Shown here piece by piece: positions 11,466-22,988 of a stretch of 64,000 bases of DNA. How positions within the stretch are numbered: the stretch's first letter is position 1; every line of letters begins with the position of its first letter. Source of the stretch: Candidatus Krumholzibacteriia bacterium (GTDB lineage: Bacteria; Krumholzibacteriota; Krumholzibacteriia; Krumholzibacteriales; Krumholzibacteriaceae); the NCBI GenBank assembly GCA_963836185.1, contig CAWIIQ010000001.1:1664001-1728000 (forward strand), written 5' to 3'. The position numbers and the translations under genes were made by a program. The notes under the pieces are model-generated. The model ran no database searches and was not told the DNA's origin. It saw only the letters and a list, made by a program, of their open reading frames with translations.

Positions 11466-13745
11466 GTGGAGGCGGCAAAGATAGCCATTCTAGGCGGCGG
11501 TGAGGATGAACTGAATATCCTCAGCGAGTATCACAGAGACCCGGGTTTCGATATCCTGGGGATCTATGACCGCGATCCGAGAGCTGTCGCCATGGAAGTC
11601 GCCGAGATCATCGGTGTTCCTGTTTTCACGGACAGGTCCTTTCTCAAGGCATTCGAAAAGGCGGATTACGTCGTAGTCTCCGGGAAAAGCGGGATCTATA
11701 ATTCGGAACTGGGCATGCTCTCCAATGCCGGAATAAGGATCCTCAATCCTTCTGAAGCCGCTTCGAGCATGGCCGACAGCGCCTCCGAGAACGATATCGA
11801 ACCCGGCGAGAAACCACCCTGGCCGAGACATCTCGAACAGGCGCTGCAGTATATCAACAGGATAACTGATCGAGACAGACTGCTGAAATGGCTTCTCGAG
11901 ATATCTGTAAGAGCCGTCGAAGCCTCTACGGGCTCTATCATGCTGCATTCCGAGAACACGAGCGAACTGTATATCGGCTATGCGATGGGGCTCAGCCAGG
12001 ACGTGGTCTCAAACACGAGACAGAAGGTAGGAACCGGGATCTCCGGCAAGGTGGCCGAGACTGGTGAGGCGCTGCTCGTTCATGATATCGTCGACGATCC
12101 TCTCTACAGGGAGGGACGGGAAAGAGAATCGATAAGCAGCTCGGTATCCGCTCCTCTCACTGTAGGCAAGACGCTGATAGGGGTCCTCAACGTATCTACA
12201 AGCGAGGGGGAGCGCCGGCTGGACGAAAATGACCGGGACACGATAGGCCTTCTGGCGTCGAAGATATCTCCGATCCTCGCGCAGCATCTGAGGATCGACA
12301 CTGAAAAGATACGTGAGACCGAATTCAAGATCAGGAACTACATCGAATCGCTTTTCCAGAGAGACATTGAATTTCATGACAAATTCCTCTTTCTCTGCCG
12401 TGCCCTTGCGGACATCCTTTCCGCGGATACGGTCACGATCTATACTGCCACCGATGAAGGCGACTGGCTCATACTGGGCGGCAGCGACCAGCAGATACAG
12501 GATGGGGGCAGAGCTCCCAGGATCCACTGTATCAAGGGAAGCCTGGCACGCTCCTATGTGAACAGCGAAGAAGTGATGATGACCGAGGCCAATCATGACT
12601 CCGGCCTCAAGATATCCGGGCGCAGGGACGCGCTGACATCGATATATATTCCGCTGGAGCATGAAGATCCCCTGGGCGTGGCACTGTTCGAATTCTCAAG
12701 CCTTGATTCACTTGAGAGCTTCATCAAGATCAAGGACGTCCTGCGATTCCAGCTGGGGTTCTTTGTCTATACCCAGCTCAGAGAGCTCCGGCAGGCCCGC
12801 AAGATGCACAGTCTCGAAGACCTCTCCGGTCTGACTCCGGCACTTATGGGCGCTCCGGTCCTCGCTAAAAAGCTGAAGATGCTTCCAGGGCTGATCTCTC
12901 CGATCATTGGAGCGAGCAAAGGCAGTTTCCACTTCATCGGACATAGGTTAGAGGAAGCGGCCTATCATGGCTTCCCCGAGGACGAAAAGGAATGGTCCAT
13001 CCTCAGGGCTACCGATGAACAGATGCTTCTGCGCGCCCTGGAACAGGGGAAACCTGAATGCATCAGCTTCCTTTCAAGGGATATAGGAGCGTACGACAAC
13101 CCTCCGCCATACAGGTCACTGGTCATCTATCCCTTTGCAGGTGCGGATTTCAGGGCCTACTACCTTGGATACGATCGCGTTCCGGGATCCCCGCTCGATC
13201 CCTCGATCTTCGGTACGCACGAACTCGAGCTTCTCGGCAGGATATCGGAGATAATCCTCCCTATACTTCATGAAAGCGGAGTAGAAAAGCGGGAAGGGAA
13301 AGCGGCATCATTCGATGACCTTCTTCGCTCCAACCAGAAGATCCTTCTGGAAAGGGTAAACGAGGAGATAGAACGCGCCGAGAGGTATCATCACGGATTT
13401 ATCGTAACCCTCTACAAGGTAAACGGTCTGAAGGAAGTGCTCACTACGGAGTACAATGCGACACTCGAGGTGATAAACGAGATTAGTATCGGGGTGCGTA
13501 AACAGGTTCGAAGAACCGACTATTTTTCGTGGATAGAACCGGATATTTTCGCTGTGATCTCCCTTGAAAGCCACCACCGGATCGAATTCCTCGAGCAACG
13601 CCTTCTTGATTTCATAGCCACCGTCCTGAAGAAAAGGAATCTGTTCGTCGAGAACAAAGTCTACCCATCGAGTTCCTTCGCCGTATACCCCGGCGGTTCG
13701 GAGACATCATCCGAACTTATCACCGAGGCGAAAAACCGCTTCTGA
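11466..13745 (+). CDS. Multi-GAF sensor with N-terminal Rossmann-like domain and degenerate GGDEF domain
   Basis: KIAILGGG N-terminus; GAF (GTGISGKVAETG, VSAPL..IGVLNV); EEIERAERY linker; RRTD..IEPDIF; GGAGG before GTG 11466. Confidence 0.75.
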   Translation: MEAAKIAILGGGEDELNILSEYHRDPGFDILGIYDRDPRAVAMEVAEIIGVPVFTDRSFLKAFEKADYVVVSGKSGIYNSELGMLSNAGIRILNPSEAASSMADSASENDIEPGEKPPWPRHLEQALQYINRITDRDRLLKWLLEISVRAVEASTGSIMLHSENTSELYIGYAMGLSQDVVSNTRQKVGTGISGKVAETGEALLVHDIVDDPLYREGRERESISSSVSAPLTVGKTLIGVLNVSTSEGERRLDENDRDTIGLLASKISPILAQHLRIDTEKIRETEFKIRNYIESLFQRDIEFHDKFLFLCRALADILSADTVTIYTATDEGDWLILGGSDQQIQDGGRAPRIHCIKGSLARSYVNSEEVMMTEANHDSGLKISGRRDALTSIYIPLEHEDPLGVALFEFSSLDSLESFIKIKDVLRFQLGFFVYTQLRELRQARKMHSLEDLSGLTPALMGAPVLAKKLKMLPGLISPIIGASKGSFHFIGHRLEEAAYHGFPEDEKEWSILRATDEQMLLRALEQGKPECISFLSRDIGAYDNPPPYRSLVIYPFAGADFRAYYLGYDRVPGSPLDPSIFGTHELELLGRISEIILPILHESGVEKREGKAASFDDLLRSNQKILLERVNEEIERAERYHHGFIVTLYKVNGLKEVLTTEYNATLEVINEISIGVRKQVRRTDYFSWIEPDIFAVISLESHHRIEFLEQRLLDFIATVLKKRNLFVENKVYPSSSFAVYPGGSETSSELITEAKNRF

Positions 13746-13880
13746 TACTCTCCTGCTGCCCCGTTCATTCTCCGTTGCCATCAGGTAAAATACTGTGTTA
13801 TCTTAAAGGTCCGGATGGTCCCCGATTGGGGCGCCCCGTCCGCATCACAGCCTTAACAGCAATAATAACTGGGTGTTACC

Positions 13881-15629
13881 GTGGCAAGGATAAAGAAACT
13901 CACACCAGAGACTGCGGGAAAGATAGCTGCCGGCGAAGTCGTCGAGCGGCCGTTCAATGTGATCAAGGAACTCGTCGAAAACTCTCTCGACGCCTCTGCC
14001 AGCCGCATCGTCCTCGAGATCGAAGACGGGGGGAAGCGCTCGATCAGGATCGATGACGACGGGACAGGAATAGCCTCCGAGGACATGCCAAGGGCGGTAG
14101 AGAACTACTCTACCAGCAAGATCTCCGATATAGACGATATATACAGGGTCCGTTCCCTTGGATTCAGGGGAGAGGCCCTAGCGAGCATCAACTCTGTATC
14201 GAGGATGACTATCAGGTCGAGCGAAGAGAACGCCGACGTCGGGCGGGAGATCCGCTGGGTCGCGTCAGAGCTTCGTGATGACGGTCCGTTTGTCAGGACG
14301 GTCGGCACGGAGATCATCGTCGAGGACCTGTTCTTCAATCTTCCAGCGAGAAAGAAGTTTCTGTCATCCGGCCCCTCCGAGACAAGAAGGATCGTCTCGT
14401 CCATACAGGGGTTTGCCCTCGCCTGGCCACAGACGGCATTCGTCATGCGCAGTAACGGGAGAGAAGTGCTGTCCTTCCCCGCAGGTACGATCGAGGAACG
14501 CGTTGAGATGGTACTTGGTCCTTCCGTATTTCCACACCTCAAACCATTTTCCAGAACAGACGGACGCGTCGAGGTCAACGGGTACGCCTCGATGCCCTCG
14601 ATGACAAAAGCGAACCGGTCGTCACAGTTCATGTTCGTCAACGGAAGATCAGTCAAAGACAGGTTGCTCGGACACGCGGTGCGTCAGGCATATCAGTCGA
14701 TAATCCCGGGGGACAGATTTCCGATAGTAGTGTTGAGGCTCGACATACCGCCCGAGATGCTTGACGTAAACGTCCACCCGGCCAAAGCCGAAGTGCGTTT
14801 TGAAAACGAGAGAGACATTCATCGCCTCGTATCATCTGCGATCAGGGAAGCGCTCGAGGACAGGACCATATCCTTCAGAGACAAGGTCGAATCAGTTTAC
14901 AAGTCTATATTCCCGCAGGATGGATCAGCTGATACCGGAGATGAAACCGCCGCCCAGGGGACATACAGGGCCGATGAAACGGGAAGATCGGACTGGCTAT
15001 TTCAGGAATCACCCCAGCCTCTCTTCGAAACGGATCCGGGAAAGGTTCAGAGCCAGGTCTCTACCGGTCTTTACTGGCAGCTTCACGACAGCTACATAAT
15101 GATCCAGATTCGGGGCGGTATGGTCATCATCGATCAGCATGCCGCTCACGAAAGGATCCTTTACGATATAGCCAGAAGAAACGTCGACGGAGAGAAGGCG
15201 GTTGTCCAGTCCCTTCTCTTTCCCGCGACACTTGAACTCTCGCCCGATGAATACGACAGTTTCGAGAAAGTCATCGAGACCCTGCCGAACCTCGGATTCG
15301 AAGCTGAACCATTCGGGATGAGGACGATAATCGTCCGTGGTATTCCTGCAGGTGTGAGGAACTGGGATGACGGCAGGCTTCTGCGCACGATCCTTTCCGA
15401 TCTCGGGCGAGGGCTGCCTGCGACCGATTCCATCCTCAGATCCTTCGCTTGTCATGCCGCCGTCAGAGCCGGTGAGCGGCTCAGCCTGGAAGAGATGGAG
15501 AGCCTGACAGACCAGCTGTTCGCCACAGAATTCCCATTTACCTGTCCACACGGAAGACCGACAATGCTACGCGTCGAGATGCGGGAACTGGAGAAAAGAT
15601 TCCAGCGCACCCCCAAAACGGAGGGGTAG
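13881..15629 (+). CDS. mutL: DNA mismatch repair protein MutL
   Basis: KIAAGEVVERP, GFRGEALAS, DQHAAHER, CPHGRP. Confidence 0.98.
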   Translation: MARIKKLTPETAGKIAAGEVVERPFNVIKELVENSLDASASRIVLEIEDGGKRSIRIDDDGTGIASEDMPRAVENYSTSKISDIDDIYRVRSLGFRGEALASINSVSRMTIRSSEENADVGREIRWVASELRDDGPFVRTVGTEIIVEDLFFNLPARKKFLSSGPSETRRIVSSIQGFALAWPQTAFVMRSNGREVLSFPAGTIEERVEMVLGPSVFPHLKPFSRTDGRVEVNGYASMPSMTKANRSSQFMFVNGRSVKDRLLGHAVRQAYQSIIPGDRFPIVVLRLDIPPEMLDVNVHPAKAEVRFENERDIHRLVSSAIREALEDRTISFRDKVESVYKSIFPQDGSADTGDETAAQGTYRADETGRSDWLFQESPQPLFETDPGKVQSQVSTGLYWQLHDSYIMIQIRGGMVIIDQHAAHERILYDIARRNVDGEKAVVQSLLFPATLELSPDEYDSFEKVIETLPNLGFEAEPFGMRTIIVRGIPAGVRNWDDGRLLRTILSDLGRGLPATDSILRSFACHAAVRAGERLSLEEMESLTDQLFATEFPFTCPHGRPTMLRVEMRELEKRFQRTPKTEG

Positions 15630-16553
15630 ATGAATGGCGTCGTGATCATCGGACCCACCGCCGTGGGCAAGAGCTCTCTCGGAATGACCCTGGCGGAAAA
15701 GCTCGGTGGAGAGATCGTCTCGATAGATTCGAGACAGATATATCGCGGGCTGGATATTGGGACCGCCAAGGCCTCCGCGGATGAACAGGCACGAATCAGG
15801 CACCATTGCCTCGATCTGCTTGATATCACTGAAAAGAGCAATGCCAGATGGTTCGCCGATATGGCGCGCGAAGCGATGGAGAAGATCCGGACAGAGGGAA
15901 AGCTTCCGATCCTTGTCGGGGGATCAGGGCTTTACCTTCGCGCGGTCACACAAGGCCTCTTCGATATCTCCCTTGCCGACTCCGAAAGGCACGAGTTCGA
16001 GAAGAGCATCGAGGATACACCGACATCCGATCTTTATCTGCGTCTCAAGGCATCCGATCCGGAGAGCGCGGAAAGAATTCACGAAAACGACAGGTACAGG
16101 ATCGTCAGGGCTATCGAGGTCCAGAGCCTGACAGGGGTGAGCCTCAGCGAGCACTTCAGGCGCCAGAAGGAATCGTGCATGGAGAATTCTCCCGGACTGG
16201 TCAGGGTCGGCCTCGATATGGACAGAGAGCGGCTTCGTGAGCGTATCGCGGCGAGGACGGGGGAGATGTACGCGGCTGGCTGGCCGGACGAGGTCTCCAG
16301 CCTCCTCGAGAACGGAGCGGATCCGGCGTCCCCGGGGTTGCAGACTCTTGGATATCCCCAGACTGTCAGTTTCGTCAGGGGCAGACTGGACCTTGAAACC
16401 GCAACGGGGGATATCGCCATGCTGACCGGCCAGTACGCCAAACGGCAGATGACCTGGTTCCGGAAGGAACCGGAAGTCGCCTGGTTCGACGCGGAAGACG
16501 TAAACCTGCTCGATTCCGTATTCAAGAACCTTGACAGCGCGGGTTCCAGTTGA
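15630..16553 (+). CDS. miaA: tRNA dimethylallyltransferase
   Basis: GPTAVGKS, DSRQIYRGLDIGTAK, YAKRQMTWF. Confidence 0.97.
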   Translation: MNGVVIIGPTAVGKSSLGMTLAEKLGGEIVSIDSRQIYRGLDIGTAKASADEQARIRHHCLDLLDITEKSNARWFADMAREAMEKIRTEGKLPILVGGSGLYLRAVTQGLFDISLADSERHEFEKSIEDTPTSDLYLRLKASDPESAERIHENDRYRIVRAIEVQSLTGVSLSEHFRRQKESCMENSPGLVRVGLDMDRERLRERIAARTGEMYAAGWPDEVSSLLENGADPASPGLQTLGYPQTVSFVRGRLDLETATGDIAMLTGQYAKRQMTWFRKEPEVAWFDAEDVNLLDSVFKNLDSAGSS

Positions 16554-16559
16554 TAACTT
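16531..16559 (+). promoter_or_regulatory. sigma70-type promoter of tRNA-Gly, overlapping the miaA 3' end
   Basis: TTGACA-17 nt-TAACTT. Confidence 0.6.
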
Positions 16560-16579
16560 CGAAGCAACCGGAATTATAT

Positions 16580-16652
16580 GCGGGAGTAGCTCAGTTGGTA
16601 GAGCATCAGCTTCCCAAGCTGAGGGTCGCGGGTTCGAGTCCCGTTTCCCGCT
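16580..16652 (+). tRNA. tRNA-Gly(CCC)
   Basis: GCGGGAG/TTCCCGC acceptor stem, TCAGC-TTCCCAA-GCTGA anticodon arm, GGTTCGAGTCC; CCA not encoded. Confidence 0.97.
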
Positions 16653-16712
16653 CTTTTTTTAGAGCGCGCAACCTGGGACCGCAAGACGGATTGCGCGCTT
16701 CTCGTAATACAC

Positions 16713-18022
16713 ATGCCTGTAAAGATCTCAGAAATATGCGGCCGCGAAGGATTCTTCCGCAAGGGAGACCGGATAACCGCCGTTGACGGAAGAAAGGTCG
16801 ACGACCAGCTCGATCTTTACTTTAACCTGTCAGGGATGGAATCCGCTCTTTTCAGTATTGAGCGGGCGAACGGCAGGAAAGTGGAGAGGAGGATAAGGCT
16901 CGAGACCTTTGAAAGAGCGGCGCCTGTCTTCGAGGAGATGAGGTTCATCCGTTGCGCGTCACGATGCATATTCTGCTTTGTCGACCAGATGCCCCCGGGA
17001 ATGAGGGACACTCTTTATTTCAAGGATGACGATTACAGGCTCAGCTTTCTCTTCGGCAACTATATTACCCTGAACGACATCTCAAAGGCGCAGGTTAAAC
17101 GGATCATAGAGTACAGCCTGTCGCCTCTCTTCGTTTCCGTTCACGCTACTGACATACTGATCCGCGAAAAGATCTTCGGACGCCCGATGAAGAACGACAT
17201 CATGGAGATACTTTCACATCTGGCTGACCGAGGGATATCGATACACGCCCAGATAGTAGTGATCCCGGGAGTAAATGACGGCCGTGTTCTCGCGAGAACG
17301 ATGCGCGACCTGTTTTCACTCTACCCGGCATGCAGATCCCTTGCTGTGGTCCCTGTAGGCCTGACCGGTCACAGGACGGGCCTGACGGACCTCAGGAAGA
17401 TCACTCCATCCGAGGCCAGAGAGATGATAGACTTGTCAGAACTGATGAACGCTGGATTCAGGAAGAAGACGGGGGGAATGATTTCGTTTTCATGTCGGAT
17501 GAATTCTACCTTCTCGCCGGCCGCGTTTTCCCCGACGCGGAAAATTACGGCGCGTTCGAACAGCTCTCCAACGGAGTCGGAATGAGCCGGCTGCTGATCG
17601 AAAGTATCAAGGACCGTGTTGAACATCTGGGCAAGAGGAAGGTCAGGCCTTCCGGGAGGATGACACTTGTCACCGGACGCCTTGGAAGCAGACTGATGAA
17701 CAGGCACCTTCTCCCGATAGTGAGCAAAGCTCTGCCTGATCTCTCCATCGAAGTGATAACCGTGACCAATTCAACTTTCGGCAGATCAGTAACAGTGTCG
17801 GGGCTTCTCTCAGGGGCCGATATAGCCTCCGCCGTTAAGCATCGCGGCATACATGACGGAATACTCGTCCTTCCTCCGAATACGGTCAATCACCGGGGAC
17901 GGATGATCGACGATATCCGCCCGGCCGACCTGGGAAAGACGCTTGGAATGAAAGTGCTCGTACCGGAGGAGGATTTCCTCGAGTCCAAGGTACTCAGAGC
18001 GCTCAGGAAGGCGGCCGGATGA
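16713..18022 (+). CDS. DUF512 / PDZ radical SAM-like protein, one frameshift near 17471-17476
   Basis: CASRCIFCFVDQ, KDDDYRLSF, VVPVGLT in one frame; SDEFY, QLSNGVG, VTVSGLL in the other; break at a G6 run. Confidence 0.85.
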
Positions 18023-19346
18023 AGAACTCTCCGACAGTAGCGATCATCGGCAAGGTCAATTCCGGCAAATCGACACTGTTTAACCGGATCGTCGGCTCGA
18101 GGCGGGCAATAACACACGAGACACCCGGTGTGACGCGGGACACGATGGAAGGTACAGCCACCTGGAACGGCAAGGAATTCAGGGTGATCGATACGGGGGG
18201 ATTCGGATTCGATTCCGATGACCACCTTCAGAAGAGTATCACCGAAAGGATCGTACGCACCGTTCAGTTGGCCCGGGCCATAATCTTTCTTGTCGACGTG
18301 GATACCGGCCCTACTGATGAAGACGAAAAACTACTCCTGAGGTTCCGTGACCACAGGGACCGGATCGATCCTCGCCGTAAACAAGGTCGAGAATCCCCAG
18401 GACGAGATAGAGGCGAACGTTTTCTACCGGCTCGGGTTTAAAAAGCTCTTCATGGTCAGTGCGCTTCATGGCAGGGGAATAGGCGACCTCCTCGATGAGA
18501 TCACTGGAGATCTTCCGGACAGTGTGAGCGAACCTGTCACTTCCTGACGATCTTATGATCGCGATAACCGGCAGGCCCAATGTCGGGAAGAGTTCTCTTA
18601 TCAACGCACTCTCCGGGGAGGACAAACATATCGTTTCAGAGGTGCCGGGCACGACCCGTGACACGATCGATATAAGGATCAGGCATCACGGACGCGATAT
18701 TGTCCTGATCGATACGGCGGGGGTGAAGAGAAGGGCGAGGACTGAAAAGGGACTTGATTCTATAAGCAGCATGATGAGCATCAGAAGTGTCGACCGGGCC
18801 GATATAGTCCTGGTGATGCTCGACGCCTCGACAGGGGAGATCTCCAACCAGGACACCCGCATGGCCTCACTTGCGCACAAGGCTAAAAAGGGTGCTCTGA
18901 TCCTGATGAACAAATGGGACCTGGTCGATCGCCAGACCGATACCTTCAAGTTTTTTGAGAAGAAGATAAGGGAAGAGATGCAATTCCTCTCCTACGCCCC
19001 GGTACTCTCGATCTCTGCTGTCAACGGCACCCGTCTCTCGAAGATCATCCCGACATGCCTGAGGATCCAGGAGCAGCGGATCAGGCAGATCCCTACATCG
19101 GAGCTCAACAGGCTACTTGAGGAGGCCGTCAGGAGAAATCCCCCTAAATTCCATGATGGAGGCTCAGGGAAGATATATTACGCGACTCAGACAGGCGTCG
19201 AACCGCCAACCTTCACCCTGTTTGTAAATAAAGCTGCCTATTTCCCTCGTTCTTATGTACGTTATCTCAATAATCAGATCAGAAAAATGTTTACCTTCGA
19301 GGGTACCGCGGTTAGAATCTCCCTGAGATCCAAAGGAGAGTCTTGA
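18019..19346 (+). CDS. der: Ribosome biogenesis GTPase Der, two frameshifts (about 18367 and 18540)
   Basis: GKVNSGKS/DTGG, then ILAVNKVE/SALHGRG, then GRPNVGKSS/DTAG/NKWD and a KH-like tail, spread over three frames. Confidence 0.93.
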
Positions 19347-19960
19347 TGGATACCGCATGGAGAGTCGCGCTATTGATAGTTTCGAGCTATTTTCTCGGCG
19401 CGATACCGTTCAGCTATATCGCAGGCAGGATTTTCAGAGGTATAGACCTGAGAGATCATGGCAGCGGTAACCTTGGCGCTGCCAACACCTTTCGTGTCCT
19501 CGGCAAAGGAGCGGCAATACCTGTGCTGCTTGCCGATATCGGCAAAGGGTACCTCGCCGTCAAGCTTGTCTCCCTGTACGGCCTGGACGGGTATCAGTAT
19601 ATGCTGGTAGCCGCTCTGGTCGTAATCATCGGGCATAACTATTCGATATTTGTCCGGTTCGCGGGAGGGAAGGGGGTCGGCACCACGGCCGGCACATTCC
19701 TGGCGATGGCGCCGTGCGCCGTCCTATTGTGCCTGGGAATATGGGTCGCTCTCCTGATGATATCGAGGATCGTCTCGGTGGCCAGTATGATATCCGCCGC
19801 CTGCCTTCCGCTGGCTATCGCGGTTATGAACAGGGTCACATCGTGCTCTACGCACAGCTCTGTATTCTACCTTTCCATCGTGGCGGCGCTGTTCGTGATC
19901 TACAAGCACAGATCCAATATCCGCAGGCTGCGTGAAAGGACCGAGAAAAGGATATTCTGA
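19346..19960 (+). CDS. plsY: Glycerol-3-phosphate acyltransferase
   Basis: GSGNLGAAN, GHNYS, GGKGVGT, HRSNIRRL. Confidence 0.95.
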   Translation: MDTAWRVALLIVSSYFLGAIPFSYIAGRIFRGIDLRDHGSGNLGAANTFRVLGKGAAIPVLLADIGKGYLAVKLVSLYGLDGYQYMLVAALVVIIGHNYSIFVRFAGGKGVGTTAGTFLAMAPCAVLLCLGIWVALLMISRIVSVASMISAACLPLAIAVMNRVTSCSTHSSVFYLSIVAALFVIYKHRSNIRRLRERTEKRIF

Positions 19961-19965
19961 ATATT

Positions 19966-20993
19966 ATGGCTAAGAAGACTAAAGCAAAACGTATCGCGGT
20001 CCTTGGAGCGGGCAGCTGGGGCACCACACTCGCTCTCCTGCTTAACGATAACGGACATGAAGTAGTGCTCTGGGAATTCTTCACAGATCTCGCGAAAACG
20101 ATCGCGAAAAAACGAGTGAACAGCAAATACCTTCCCGGGGTGAGGATACCGGCCTCTGTCAAGGTGACTTCCGATCTCGACCTGGCGCTGTGCGGCTGCA
20201 CTCACATTCTTTTCGTGACCCCGAGCCATACGGTCAGAAACGTCGCCCGGATGGTCCAAGCCTCAGATTCATTCAGGAAATCGATGGTCATCATAAACGC
20301 CTCTAAGGGCCTCGAGGAAAAGACACTATGCAGGATGAGCGAGGTACTAGGCCAGGAACTTCCCCAGACACGGGCAAGATAGTAGGTCTGCTCGGCCCGA
20401 GTCATGCGGAGGAGGTAAGCCGAAAGATGCCGACTTCGGTGGTGGTAGCCGGCTCTAACCCGCAGATCCTTGAAAAAACACAGCAGCTTTTCATGAACGA
20501 GTACTTCAGGGTCTATACTAACACCGACCTGATCGGCGTGGAGCTCGGTGTCTCCCTGAAGAATACGATAGCCATCGCGGCTGGAATATGTGACGGGCTC
20601 GGATTCGGAGATAACACGAAAGCCGCTCTCCTGACAAGAGGGCTGGCAGAGATAAAGCGTCTCGTATCGAGGCTCGGGGGCAGGGAAGAGACCCTGAGCG
20701 GGCTCGCCGGGGTGGGTGACCTTATCGTGACATGCATGAGCAGGCACAGCAGAAACAGGTATGTCGGCGAGCAGATCGGACAGGGCAGAACTCTCCAGGA
20801 AGTCCTCGACAGCATGGTCATGGTCGCCGAAGGGGTGAAAACGACGAAGGCCGCTGTCGCTCTTTCCCGGAGGTCCGGCGTCGAACTGCCCATCGCCGAG
20901 CAGGTATACCGGGTCCTTTTTTACAGCAAGGATCCAAAGAAGGCTATAAGGGATCTTATGGTCCGGAAAGCGAAGAAGGAGATGTACCGCTGA
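19966..20993 (+). CDS. gpsA: NAD(P)H-dependent glycerol-3-phosphate dehydrogenase, frameshift near 20362-20365
   Basis: GAGSWGT and SKGLE in one frame; [28 protein letters not shown] in the other; break at a C4 run. Confidence 0.93.
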
Positions 20994-21012
20994 AACGGAA
21001 GGGTTGCAGAGT

Positions 21013-21375
21013 ATGAAAAAGGTTCAGAAACTGTACTACTCGATCGGGGAGGTCAGCGAGCTCCTGGGCGTCAAGGCTCATGTCCTGAGGTACTGGGAGA
21101 CTCAGTTCCCCATGCTCAAGCCGAAGAAGAACAGGGCCGGAAACAGGACGTACAAGGTCAGGGACATCAAGTTCCTGATTACGATCAAGAACCTGCTTTA
21201 CGATAGAGGTTACACGATCGCGGGAGCGCGTCAGAAGCTGAGGGAATCGAATAATAATCCCGACGTTCTTATCGAGCAGCTGGCGATACCGTTCGCCGAT
21301 CCGTCCAGGAGAGAGAGGCTGCTTTCACTCAAGCAGGACCTTCTGGAACTGAAAGAGCTGGTAAATACTCTCTGA
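21013..21375 (+). CDS. MerR-family transcriptional regulator
   Basis: [27 protein letters not shown]; followed by tRNA-Pro(GGG). Confidence 0.92.
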   Translation: MKKVQKLYYSIGEVSELLGVKAHVLRYWETQFPMLKPKKNRAGNRTYKVRDIKFLITIKNLLYDRGYTIAGARQKLRESNNNPDVLIEQLAIPFADPSRRERLLSLKQDLLELKELVNTL

Positions 21376-21431
21376 ACGGCAGAAAAATCAACCTTGTAAA
21401 TCGAACAGGATCATATATATTATCTTCTGGT

Positions 21432-21505
21432 CGGGGCGTGGCGCAGTCCGGTAGCGCACTTGCATGGGGGGCAAGTGGTCGCTGGTTCGAATCCAGTCGC
21501 CCCGA
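21432..21505 (+). tRNA. tRNA-Pro(GGG)
   Basis: CGGGGCG/CGCCCCG acceptor stem, CTTGC-ATGGGGG-GCAAG anticodon arm. Confidence 0.95.
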
Positions 21506-21535
21506 CTCATTCTTTATTCCCGGGAGCTATAGACC

Positions 21536-22213
21536 TTGAACGAGGAATTCGGCGCTCTTATTCCCGCTTTCAATGAAGCCGGCCATATCAGCGGAGTGAT
21601 TCAGGGCGTAGCGGGACAGATCCCCTTATCAAATATCGTGGTGATAGATGACGGCTCGTCAGACTCCACTGTCTCCGAGGCAGAAGGGACCGGCGTCAAG
21701 GTCGTAAGCAACGAGATAAACCTGGGAAAAGGCGCCACTCTCCTGAAGGGTTTCGAGCTTATGGCCGAGAAAAAGGGAATCGAGGCCGTTTTCACTCTCG
21801 ATGCCGACGGCCAGCACGACCCTGCCGAGATGTCATCCTTCATCAGCGCTTTCCGCGAGAAAAAGGCCGATATCGTCATAGGAAGCAGAATGGCGGATAC
21901 CGCCGGTATGCCGGCCCTGAGAAGGTGCACCAACTGGTCGACCTCGGCGATCATCAGCCTGCGGGCAGGTGTAAGGATAGCGGACACCCAGTCGGGATAC
22001 CGCCTGTTAAGACTCTCGATGCTGAACAAGCTTGAGCTTGTTACCCGTAACTTCGACCTTGAGAGCGAGATCCTCATAAAGGCCGCTCGTCTCGGGGCCG
22101 TGATCGTCTCTGTACCGATCACTACGATCTACGGAGAGGAAAAGAGCAAGATCAATCCGGTTGTCGACACCTGGCGATTCCTTAAACTGGTCTTCCGCAG
22201 CTTTCTCTGGTAG
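21536..22213 (+). CDS. GT2 glycosyltransferase (DPM1-like)
   Basis: IPAFNE, DDGSSD, DADGQH, DTQSGYR. Confidence 0.92.
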   Translation: MNEEFGALIPAFNEAGHISGVIQGVAGQIPLSNIVVIDDGSSDSTVSEAEGTGVKVVSNEINLGKGATLLKGFELMAEKKGIEAVFTLDADGQHDPAEMSSFISAFREKKADIVIGSRMADTAGMPALRRCTNWSTSAIISLRAGVRIADTQSGYRLLRLSMLNKLELVTRNFDLESEILIKAARLGAVIVSVPITTIYGEEKSKINPVVDTWRFLKLVFRSFLW

Positions 22214-22226
22214 TATCCCTTTTCAT

Positions 22227-22988
22227 ATGAATAAGACGATCCTTATAACAAATGATGACGGAATAAGGGCATCAGGTCTCAAGACGCTCGAGGACTCCCT
22301 CTCCGGACTGGGTGATATCGTTCTTGTAGCTCCTGAAAACGAACAGAGCGCTACAAGCCATGCCATCACACTGGACAGGCCCTTACGCATCAAAAAATAC
22401 TCCGATACCAGGTACAGCGTTTCAGGCACCCCGACAGATTGCGTTCTGCTGGCTGTACACGGGATACTCGACAGGAAACCTGACCTGGTCGTATCAGGGA
22501 TAAATCACGGCCCTAACATGGGTGAGGATGTCACATACTCCGGCACAGTTGCCGCGGCGATCGAGGGAAACATACTCGGTATAGACTCGATCGCTGTATC
22601 GATAACATCCTGGGAACCGGATTCGTTTCAGGCAGCGGGAAAGATCTCCCGCTATCTCGCCTCACGCATGCTGGAAAGGGAGGGGAAAGGGGAATCTTTC
22701 CTCTGGAACGTAAACATCCCGCCTCTACCTGAGAGCGAGCTGAAAGGGATGCGGGTCACCAGGCTCGGCTCCAGGGTATACAATGACTCGATCGTCAAAA
22801 AGACCGACCCGAGGGGCAAAGATTATTTCTGGATCGGCGGCGGGGAGCCAGGCTGGAACACCGATGAAAAATCAGACTTTACCGCAGTGAGTAACGCCTG
22901 CGTAAGCGTCACTCCGCTCAAGGTCGATATGACTGATTACAAGAGCGTCATCGAGCTTGAGCAGTGGAAGCTCGACTGGAGATCATGA
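22227..22988 (+). CDS. surE: 5'/3'-nucleotidase SurE
   Basis: ILITNDDG, GTPTDCV, SGINHGPN, YSGTVAAA. Confidence 0.97.
   Translation: MNKTILITNDDGIRASGLKTLEDSLSGLGDIVLVAPENEQSATSHAITLDRPLRIKKYSDTRYSVSGTPTDCVLLAVHGILDRKPDLVVSGINHGPNMGEDVTYSGTVAAAIEGNILGIDSIAVSITSWEPDSFQAAGKISRYLASRMLEREGKGESFLWNVNIPPLPESELKGMRVTRLGSRVYNDSIVKKTDPRGKDYFWIGGGEPGWNTDEKSDFTAVSNACVSVTPLKVDMTDYKSVIELEQWKLDWRS

Noticed and set aside
17461-20370. Programmed frameshifting or phase variation in the DUF512 gene, der and gpsA
   Set aside because: Runs are short, no consistent slippery motif or stimulatory structure, and breaks cluster regionally in essential genes; sequence error is more parsimonious.
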